The notes under the pieces are model-generated. The model was not told the DNA's origin and made no database searches. It saw only the letters and a program-made list of their open reading frames with translations. Source: Mobula hypostoma (taxonomy: Eukaryota). Taken from it: a stretch of DNA of 64,000 nucleotides. Numbering within the stretch: position 1 is the first letter of the stretch; each line of letters opens with the position of its first letter. Positions 54,242 to 64,000 of the stretch are shown here, piece after piece. The position numbers were made by a program, and so were the translations under genes. Where the stretch lies: positions 200,386,001 through 200,450,000 of the forward strand of contig NC_086100.1 in the NCBI RefSeq assembly GCF_963921235.1, written 5' to 3'.

Positions 54242-54792
54242 CTCTCCTAATGATTTATATTGCTCTTCTCATCAACACAGTAATATTGCTAACGTAAGCA
54301 CCCCTCGTCTAAATGTTTGTTTTTTTTTTGGAAAATAGAGAATTAACACAAGTAAAGGGAAAGATTTGGGAAAGGGATAAAAAAAAATGAAAAAATTAAG
54401 TAAATAAGTACATAGGGATTGGATAATTATGTCTGCGGGCAGGAACAAGCACGAACAAATTTGGATATAAACACCTACAATGGTTGGTATATAGGCTTGT
54501 ATGCAACATTTTGGACCAGTGGAAATGGTCCAGAAGGGTTGTATGGAAACTATTATTACCATTTTTCTTAACAACTAATTTCATTACTTAGCCTAATAGG
54601 TTAGATTTACCACAGTACATAATTATCTATTTAAATGTTTATTTTCCTTTTATATCATCTCAATGTGTACTTAAGAATGTATAAATAATTGTAGTTTTAT
54701 ACATATAAAAAAATGGAAAAGGTGATATGTGTGAAAAAAGTACATCATAATTGTGAATTCCTTATCCAAATAAAAATAAAATTAAAAAAAAA

Positions 54793-55592
54793 GATTATGT
54801 TGGTCTCTTACCGTTCACCCCTGGAGGGTAAAAATATATTCTGGTAGTAATAGATAACTTTACGAAGTAGGTGGAAGCTTTCCCGGCTAAGACAAACACC
54901 GCAAAGGCCACTGCAAAAATCTTACTGGAAAGGATATTTACTCACTGAGGATTACCCCAGAGTATCGAATCGGATCAAGGCACACATTTCACGGCCCAGA
55001 TAATGCAAGGCGTCATGGCACTTTTAGGGATCAAGCAGAGATTTCATATACCCTATAGACCACAGTCCAGTGGAATTGTGGAAAGGATGAATTGAACACT
55101 GAAAAATATGATTGCAAAAATGGTGCAACAACATGGCAAGTAGTTTTGCCTCATGCCTTGATGATTATAAGGAATACAGTGACATCTTCAAATGGTTACA
55201 CCCCTGATAAACTCATGACCGGAAGGGACATGAGAGGATTGGAGGAGTTGTTAGGATTAGATATCTCAGAACCCGAAATCGATGGGATTGTGTCAGAAAA
55301 GTGGGTATAACAATTGGTAGAGACAGTGAAAGAGGCCAATTATGTTGCAGCCCACCAAAGGGAAAGAAAAGGCAAAAGAGTAAAGCCTACTTTGACTCAA
55401 AAGTCAGTCCCATAGAAATAAGCCCAGGACAAAGAGTGATGATTAGAATACACCAACCCACCTCATTTTTAAATCCAAGATTTGCAGGGCCTGATGAAAT
55501 TATAGGCAAAGCAAATCCTTCAGTGCACTAAAGTGCTGACTTCTCCAGATAAAAGTGGGTGGTACCATAGCAACCAGCTGAAATTGGTGGGG
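54793..55592 (+). pseudogene. pol: Integrase core and C-terminus, copy C
   Basis: Same ORFs as copy B. Confidence 0.86.
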
Positions 55593-55893
55593 GAGAGACA
55601 GAATGTTATCACCATTGGCACATAACAATTGACGTACTTGATAGTCCTGATTTGGGATACTTGAGGATGGAACAACTGTTCCAAGAAGATGGGGACAGAT
55701 CCTATCAAGGGAATGATTTTCAGTCCCCTCATCCTGAGAATCAGGGAAGTTTTGTCAAAAAAAATCAAAGGAAAAGGAAGATAAGACAGTGCTTGTCCCT
55801 CCCATGCTGAAATGGAACTGGGTGAGAAAAGACGAACAGCTTGAGTCCAAAGAAATTTGGGAGCCTAGACTGGACGCGTTAGAAAAATAGATA

Positions 55894-56218
55894 TTAATGG
55901 AGGTCGGGATTGAGGACGTGATTTTAAGTTTAACTCTGTTTGGTTTCAAGTTAGCCCATTGCTTTGCTTTGCTTTTAGTTAGTTGCACGGTGGGTTTTTT
56001 TTTGGGGTTTTTTTTTTCTTTTTTTCCATTGATATATATAAAATCTAGTATACTATTATGTTATCTTGGTTTCTTATGTTTAAATTACATTGTTTGTAGT
56101 ATTTTCTTTTTGGTATTGTTATCTTTTGGAATTTTATTATACTTTAACATTGTATTAATGTTTATATGGCTTACCTTTTTTGTATACTTACTCAATAAAA
56201 AGATTTAAAAAGAAAGAA
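55894..56218 (+). mobile_element. 5'-truncated L1-type insertion (3' UTR only), private to the last unit
   Basis: 13-bp TSD agaaaaatagata (55881-55893 and 56219-56231), AATAAA and an A/AAAG tail. Absent at the matching sites 8279-8291 and 32080-32092. Confidence 0.9.
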
Positions 56219-56397
56219 AGAAAAATAGATAGAAAATATGGATTTAAAATAATTTAAGATGTAAACTGGAGATAAGAGCAGATATTACCCTTGTGCGTTA
56301 CAGGTATACTTCAACAAGAAGAGAATAATGTATCTTGTTGGATGGAGAGGAGGATAATGATCCTAAAATATTTATCTTTGGATCAAGAGGAGGGAGA

Positions 56398-57231
56398 TGT
56401 TGGCCAGAAGAAACTACAGTCTGATCAAGGACAGGGGAAGCAGACAAGCCAGTTGTCTGTTTCCCCCATTTTGTGGACTCTGAACAGTTTCTTGCTCTTG
56501 GATAATCTAATCTGAGCAACTGAATGTGGACACAGGAAGCTTCAGGTAATGATCTGCTAATTCTGAGACCATTCTCAAACAAGTAGCCATTTGTGATGTA
56601 AAGAGAATGCACTCTGAATTGCTCTGGGTCAATCTAATCAGAGTAATAAACCTGAGACCATTCTCTGAGGAGTAGTGACTTGTTATGTAAAATGCCAGAC
56701 CTGCAATTGGTAATCTCATTGGACTCTGTCTGGGCTGCCTCATTTAACTGGTGTGGACCAGTCAGAGTGTAAGGACACAAATACACAAGGCTGGGGTGGG
56801 CAGAGCCACGAAACAATGTTGGCTGTAGCCCTGTACAATGACCAGTAAGCGGGTGACCCAGGTAGGTCAGGTGAGATTGAGCCAATGAGATGGAGATTCA
56901 ATGGTTCAATTGATCAGGAACAGTACAAGACTCAGGAGCTCAAATACACAGGGGCGATAACTCTCCAGCAGCCAGAGACCAACCATTGCGGATAAGGAGG
57001 ACCCCACGGACACGTGGAGACCGGGACCATGAGGAACCTGGCCAGCGTAGACTACTTTCCTGGGTAATATCCTTTTCTCTTCATTGATTGTTCCTGGAGG
57101 GTCAGGAATTCTAGTAGGTTGCACACGGAGACTGTTTGTGAAGCCATGTGTTTTTAGTTGAAATGATAATGGTTACTTGTCAATAAATACAGATTCTCTC
57201 TGCCTTATTACAAGGGGCAATTCTTGTAACA
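56398..57231 (+). repeat. 3' LTR, copy C
   Basis: Same as 8458-9291. Confidence 0.8.
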
Positions 57232-59155
57232 CCATGGTTTCCACATCCTTCCTGTAGTGAGGCGACCAGAACTGAGCACAGTACTCCAAGTGGGGTCTGA
57301 CCAGGGTCCTATATAGCTGCAACATTACCTCTCGGGTCCTAAACTCAATCCCACGATTGACGAAGGCCAATATACTGTATGCCTTCTTAACCACAGAGTC
57401 AACCTACATAGCTGCATTGAGTGTCCTATGGACTTGGACCCCAAGATCCCTCTGATCCTCCACACTGCCAAGAGTCTTACTGTTAATACTATATTCTGCC
57501 GTCATATTTGACGTACCAAAATGAACCACTTCACACTTATCTGGGTTGAACTTCATCTGCCACCTCTCAGTCCAGTTTTCCATCCTATCAATGTCCTGTT
57601 GTAACCTCTGACAGCCCTCCACACCATCCACAACGGCCCAACCTTTGTGTCATCAGCAAATTTACTAACCCATCCCTCCACATCCTCATCCAGGTCATTT
57701 ATAAAATTCACAAAGAGTAGGGGTCCCAGAACAGATCCCTGAGGCACACTACTGGTCACCGGCCTCCATGCAGAATATGACTCATCTCCAACCACTCTAT
57801 GCTTTCTGTGGGCAAGCCTTTTCTGGATCCACAAAGCAATGTCCCCTTGGATCCCATGCCTCCTTACTTTCTCAATAAGCCTGGCATGGGGGACCTTGTC
57901 AAATGCCTTGCTGAAATCCATATCTACTGCTTCTATGGCTTTACCTTTATCAATGTGTTTAGTCACATCCTCAAAAAATTCAATCAGGCTCGTAAGGCAC
58001 GACCTGCCCTTGACAAAGCCATGCTGACTATTCCTAATCATATTATACCTCTCCAAATGTTCATAAATCCTGCCTCTCAGGATCTTCTCCATCAACTTAC
58101 CAACCACTGAAGTAAGACTCACTGGTCTATAAATTTCTGGGCTATCTCTATTCCCTTTCTTGAATAATGGAACAACATCCGTAACTGTCTAATCCTCCGG
58201 AACCTCCCCCCGTCCCCATTGATGATGCAAAGATCATCGCCAGAGACTCATCACTTCCTACAGTAGCCTGGGGTACATCCCATCCGGTCCTGGTGACTTA
58301 TCCAACTTGATGCTTTTCAAAAGCTCCAACACATCCTCTTTCTTAATATCTACATGCTCAAGTTTTTCAGTCCACCGTAAGTCATCCCTACAGATGCCAA
58401 GATTCCTTTCCATATCAATTACTGAAGCAAAGTATTCATTAGGTAAACATAGAAACATAGAAAATAGGTGCAGGAGTAGGCCATTCAGCCCTTCGAGCCT
58501 GCACCGCCATTCAGTACGATCATGGCTGATCATCCAACTCAGAACCCTGTACCTGCCTTCTCTCCATACCCCCTGATCCCTTTAGCCACAAGGGCCATAT
58601 CTAACTCCCTCTTAAATATAGCCAATGAACTGGCCTCAACTGTTTCCTGTGGCAGAGAATTCCACAGATTCACCACTCTCTGTGTGAAGAAGTTTTTCCT
58701 CATCTTGGTCCTGAAAGGCTTCCCCTTTATCCTCAAACTGTGACCCCTCGTTCTGGACTTCCCCAACATCGGGAACAATCTTCCTACATCTAGCCTGTCC
58801 AATCCCTTTAGGATTTTATACGTTTCAATAAGATCCCCCCTCAATCTTCTAAATTCAAGTACTTATGCTGTCTCCTCTGGTTCCATACACACTTTTCCAC
58901 TGTCAAACTTGATCGGTCCTATTCCCTCACGCCTTATCCTCTTGCCCTTCACATACTTGTAGAATGCCTTGAGGTTTTCCTTAATCCTGTCCACCAAGGC
59001 CTTCTCACAGTCCCTTCTGGCTCTCCTAATTTCATACTTAAACTCCTTCCTGCTAGCCTTATAATCTTCTGGATCTCTATTATTACCTAGTCTTTTGAAC
59101 CTTTCGTACGCTCTTCTTTTCTTCTTGACTAGATTTACAACAGCCTTTGTACACC
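57232..59155 (-). mobile_element. CR1 fragment with nested CR1, copy 3
   Basis: Identical ORFs. Confidence 0.9.
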
Positions 59156-61055
59156 ATGGTGCGTGGAATACACTGCCTGAGTCAGTGGTGGAGGCAGATA
59201 CACTAGTGAAGTTTAAGAGACTACTAGACAGGTATATGGAGGAATTTAAGGTGGGGGCTTATATGGGAGGCAGAGTTTGATGATTGGCACAACAATGTGG
59301 GCCAAAGGGCCTGTACTCTGCTGTACTATTCTATGTTCTATGTTTATCCTCTTTTGTTCAAGAGTGATGTTTGAGTGGCAATATCTGTTCTTGAACCTGG
59401 TGGTGTGAGTCATGAGGCTCCTGTACCTTCTACCTAATGGCAGCAGTGAGAAAAGAACGCGGCCTGGGTGGTGAGGATCTCTGATGATGGATGCTGTTTC
59501 TCTACAGCATTATTTCATGTAGATGTAAGTGCTTCTGGGTGATAGTCATTTAGACAGGTTACCATGCTCTTCTTGGGCGCTGGTACAGTTGAAGCCCGTT
59601 TGAAGCAGGCGGGTACGACGCACTGCCAGAGCAGGAGGTCGAAGATATCCAGGAATTCGCCAGGCAGTTGGTCAGCACGGGTCTTCAGTACTTGGCCTGG
59701 TACTCCATCCAGACCGGATGCTTTCCTTGGGTTCACTCTCTTGAAGGCAGCCCACATGTCATCTTCAGATACTGAGGCCAAAGGATCATGGGGAGACATG
59801 GGGGTGTGCGATGGTTCCTCCCTGTTCTGGTGGTCAAAGAATGCATAGAAGGCATTGAGCTCATTTGGAAGTGAAGTTCTGCTGTTCCCTATGTTGCAAA
59901 ATTTAATTTTGTACGAGGTTATGGCTTTCAAAACCTGCCACAGCTGTCGAGCATCCCTCGTTGATTCCAGTCTAGTCTGGAATCTCCAGCTGCCAGAGAA
60001 AGTGGTGGATGTGGAGTCAATTTTGGATGGGAGTGGTAAGGAGATCTATGGTGCATATGTGGGTTGATAGGATGAGGCTCAACACAGACTCAAAGGGCTG
60101 AAGGGCCTGTTTCTGTGCTCTAACGTACAATGACTCTCAGAGAAACGTACCGAAAAAATGTGGCAAATGTTCAGGGGAACTTTTTGTGGGGTTATGAGTA
60201 GGTACATTCCAATGAGACATGGGAAAGGTGGTAGGGTACAGGAACTGGTACCTGATGAGGAACTGACCTGGACGAGGAAGTGGAGGGATGGGTTAGTAAA
60301 TTTGCTGATGACACAAAGCTTGGGGGTGTTGTGGATAGTGTGGAGGCTGTCAGAGCTTACAACGGGGCATTGATAGGATGCAAAACTGGGCTGAAAAGTG
60401 GTAGGTGGAGTTCAACCCAGATACAGTTAAGTGTGAGTTGGTTCATTTTGGTCTGTCAAAAATGATAGCAGAATATAGTATTAATGGTAAGACTCCTGGC
60501 AGTGTAGGGGATCAGAGGGATCTTGGGGTCCGAGTCCACAGGACACTCAAAGCTGCTGTGCAGGTTGACTCTGTGGTTAAGAAGGCATACGGCGTATTGG
60601 CCTTCATCAGTCGTGGGATTGAGTTTAAGAGCTGAGAGGTAATGTTGCAGCTATATAGGACCCTGGTCAGACCCCACTTTGAGTACTGTGCTCAGTTCTG
60701 GTCACCTCACGACAGGAAGGATGTGGAAGCCGTAAAAAGGGTGCGAGGAGATTTCCAAGAATTCTGCCTGGATTGGGGAGCATGCCTTATGAGAATAGGT
60801 TGAGTGAACTCGGCCTTTTCTCCTTGGATCAACGGAGGATAAGAGGTGACCTGATAGAGGTGTATAAGATGATGAGAGGTATTGATCGTGTGGATAGTCA
60901 GAGGCTTTTCCCCAGAGCTGAAATGGCTAACATGAGAGGACATTTTTAAGGTCCTTGGAAGTAGGTACAGAGGAGATGTCAGGGGTAAGTTTTTTTATAC
61001 AGAGAGTGGTGAGTGCGTGGAATGGGCTGTCTGCAGTGGTGGTGGAGGCGGAAAC

Positions 61056-63334
61056 TTAGAACATTAAACAAAGAATGGTACAGCACAGTACAGGCCGTTC
61101 GGCCCACAATGTTGTGCCAACCCTTAAACCCTACCTCCTATATAAGACCCCACCTTAAATTCCTCCATATACCTGTCTAGTAGTCTCTTAAACTTCACTA
61201 GTGTATCTGCCTCTACCACTGACTCAGGCAGTGCATTCCATGCACCAACCACTCTCTGAGTCAAAAAACCTTCCTCTAATATCCCCCTTGAACTTCCCAC
61301 CCCTTACCTTAAAGCCATGTCCCTTGTATTCAGCAGTGGTGCCCTGGGGAAGAGGCGCTGGCTATCCACTCTATCTATTCCTCTTAATATCTTGTATACC
61401 TCTATCATGTCTCCTCTCATCCTCCTTCTCTCCAAAGAGTAAAGCCCTAGCTCCCTTAATCTCTGATCATAATGCATACTCTCTAAACCAGGCAGTATCC
61501 TGGTATATCTTCTCTGTACCCTTTCCAATGCTTCCACATCCTTCCCTTAGTGAGGTGACCAGAACTGGACACAGTACTCCAATTGTGGCCTAACCAGAGT
61601 CTTATAGAGCTGCATCATTACCTCATGCCTCTTACACTCTACCCCTCGACTTATGAAAGCTAACACCCCATAAGCTTTCTTAACTATCCTATCTACTTGT
61701 GAGGCAACTTTCAGGAATCTGTGGACATGTACCTCCACACTACCAAGTATCCTGCCATTTACTTTGTACTCTGCCTTGGAGTTTGTCCTTCCAAAGTGTA
61801 CCACCTCACACTGCTCTGAGTTGAACTCCGTCTGCCAGTTCTCAGCCCACTTCTGCAACCTATCAATGTCTCTCTGTAATCTTCGACCCAATCCTCTACA
61901 CTATCTACAACACCACTAACTTGCCAACCACTCCTTCTACCCCCACATCCAGGTCGTTAATAAAAATCATGAAAAGTAGAGGTCCCAGAACAGATCCTTG
62001 TGGGACGCCACTAGTCACAACCCTCCAATCTGAATGTACTCCCTCCACCACAACCCTCTGCCTTCTGCAAGCAAGCCAATTCTGAATCCACCTGGCCAAA
62101 CTTCCCTGGATCCCATGCCTTCTGACTTTCTGAATAAGCCTACCCTGTGGAACCTTGTCAAATGCCTTACTAAGATCCATGTAGATCACATGCACTGCAC
62201 TACCCCCATCTATATGCCTGGTCACCTCCTCAGAGAATTCTATCAGGCTTGTTAGACACTATCTGCCCTTCACAAAACCATGCTGACTGTCCCTGATCAG
62301 ACCATGATTCTCTAAATGCCCATAGGTCCTATCTCTAAGAAACTTTTCCAACAGCTTTCCCACCACAGACGTAAGTCTCACTGGTCTATAATTACCTGGA
62401 CTATCCTTACTACCTTTTTTGAAAAAGTAGACAACATTCGCCTCCCTCCAATCCTCCGGTACCATTCCCGTGGACAACGAGAACATAAAGATCCTAGCCA
62501 GAGGCTCAGCAATCTCTTCCCTCACCTCGTGGAGCAGCCTGGGGAATATTCCGTCAGGCCCCCGGGACTTATCTGTCCTAACGTATTTTAACAACACCTC
62601 CTCTCCCTTAATATCAGCATGCTCCAGAACATCAACCTCACTCATATTGTCCTCACCATCATCAAGTTCCCTCTCATTGGTGAATACCGAAGAGAAGTAT
62701 TCATTGAGGACCTCGCTCACTTCCACAGCTCCAGGCACATCTTCCCATCTTTATCTCTAATCGGTCCTACCTTCACTCCTGTCATCCTTTTGTTCTTCAC
62801 ATAATTGAAGAATGCCTTGGGGTTTTCCTTTACCCTACTCACCAAGGCCTTCTCATGTCCCCTTCTTGTTCTTCTCAGCCCCTTCTTAAGTTCCTTTCTT
62901 GCTTCCCTATATTCCTCAATAGACCCATCTGATCTTTGCTTCCTAATCCTCATGTATGCTGCTTTCTTCCACCTGACTAGATTTTCCACCTCACTTGTTC
63001 CTTCACCCTACCATTCTTTATCTTCCTCACCGGGACAAATTTATCCCTAACATCCTGCAAGAGATCCCAAAACATCGACCACATGTCCATAGTACATTTC
63101 CCTGCAAAAACAGCATCCCAATTCACACCCGCAAGTTCTAGCCTTATAGCCTCATAATTTGCCCTTCCCCAATTAAAAATTTTCCTGTCCTCTCTGATTC
63201 TATCCTTTTCCATGATAATTATAAAGGCCAGGGAGCGGTGGTCACTGTCCCCCAAATGCTCACCCACTGAGAGATCTGTGACCAGACCCGGTTCGTTACC
63301 TAATACTAGATCTAGTATGGCATTCCCCCTAGTC
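61056..63334 (-). mobile_element. CR1 LINE ORF2 fragment outside the array
   Basis: [26 protein letters not shown] and RPQLEYC, with a 3' UTR near 61056. Confidence 0.9.
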
Positions 63335-63905
63335 CAGCGGTCTCCAACCACCGGGCCGCAAAGCATGTGCGAGGAAACGATATGATTTGCCGATAGGAGT
63401 CAGCTGGACCTTTCCTCATTCCCGGTCACGGCCACTGTTCAGCCATTACGCACGCGACGTCATTACCCGCGCATCATCCATGTCAGCGCGGGAAAGAGAT
63501 CAGCTCCTGGCGCTTGCGAATGACGGCAGGCTGAGAAGTATGTTTGACATAACATCTCTGTCGACATTCTGGATCAAAGTCAAGGCTAAATGTCCTGAGA
63601 TAGCCACGAAAGCACTGAAAACGTTGCTTCCATTTCCAACATTTTTCTGCGAAGCGGAGTTTTCTGCAATGAATACAAGGAAAACTAAATTGCGGAATAG
63701 ACTGGACATAAGAAACCCCCTTCGAGTATCTCTGTCTCCCATCACCCCTCGATAGGACCGTCTTGTTGCTGGGAAACAGCCCCTGGGCTCCCACTGATTC
63801 AGCGATATTGGTGTTTTGCAATAATTTTATATGTTCATACGGGGAAAATATGCGCTGAGTGTTTAATATCCAAACGTTACTTAAAATGTTATGATGCTAT
63901 TGACT
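63335..63905 (+). mobile_element. hAT/Charlie-type DNA transposon, internally deleted (left TIR plus transposase C-terminal dimerisation domain)
   Basis: cagcggtctccaacc TIR-like start after ccctagtc (CTAG-centred 8-mer); FWIKVK...ALKTLLPFPT..CEAEFSAM..KTKLRNRL. Confidence 0.82.
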
Positions 63906-64000
63906 TATGTACAATTACAGCACGGAAACAGGCCATCTCTGCCCTTCTAGTCCGTGTCGAACACTACTCTCACCTCGTACCACCGACCTGCACTCAGCCC
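63906..64000 (-). mobile_element. CR1 3' end, same family as 14851
   Basis: acaattacagcacggaaacaggccatctc...cccttctagtc matches 14861-14900. Confidence 0.8.

Larger units (their letters stand above)
48969..54792 (+). mobile_element. Full-length L1/Tx1-clade LINE, copy 3
   Basis: Same TSD and ORFs at +47602. Confidence 0.95.
44911..57231 (+). mobile_element. Retrovirus-like LTR element, copy C (with an extra 338-bp insertion upstream of the PPT)
   Basis: Same ORF set at +23801 relative to copy B. Confidence 0.88.
1..60988 (+). repeat. Tandem segmental array, 23,801-bp period, at least 2.5 near-identical copies (left end lies outside the window)
   Basis: ORFs recur at exactly +23801 and +47602 (+47940 after the insertion at ~55894). 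Identity ends after ...aggggtaa at 60988. Confidence 0.98.
36850..60988 (+). repeat. Last array unit (24,139 bp = 23,801 + 338-bp private insertion)
   Basis: Same junction on the left. On the right the CR1 continues in its natural form (aggggtaagttttttt...gagtgcgtggaatggg). Confidence 0.93.

Noticed and set aside
55897..56208. 103-aa hydrophobic ORF resembling a membrane protein
   Set aside because: It is a by-product of the T-rich 3' UTR of the TSD-flanked insertion.
1..64000. Prokaryotic RT systems, CRISPR arrays, tRNA or rRNA genes; many short antisense ORFs
   Set aside because: All RT motifs belong to eukaryotic LINE or LTR families, and I saw no repeat-spacer array or structural RNA gene. 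The short ORFs are shadows of TE coding sequence.

Overview
Eukaryotic, transposon-saturated vertebrate DNA. The CR1, Rex1 and Penelope-type repeats resemble those of cartilaginous fishes (inference). I find no host protein-coding gene, tRNA or rRNA. The dominant structure is a near-perfect head-to-tail tandem array with a 23,801-bp period, running from before base 1 to 60988. The units are a partial one at 1-13048, then 13049-36849 and 36850-60988. The last unit carries a private 338-bp L1-type insertion. The duplication breakpoint can be read directly inside a CR1 element. Each unit contains a decayed retrovirus-like LTR element: coiled-coil plus CCHC gag, protease, spuma/loki-like YVDD reverse transcriptase, a degenerate tether RNase H followed by a second retroviral-type RNase H, integrase, PPT and an 834-bp 3' LTR, with no recognisable env and no 5' LTR. 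A full-length L1/Tx1-clade LINE with a 12-13 bp TSD splits the integrase. Each unit also holds a full-length decayed CR1, many CR1 and Rex1 fragments, a solo Gypsy-type LTR, and a Penelope-like inverted repeat with a hammerhead remnant. After the array come CR1 pieces and a hAT/Charlie DNA transposon fragment.
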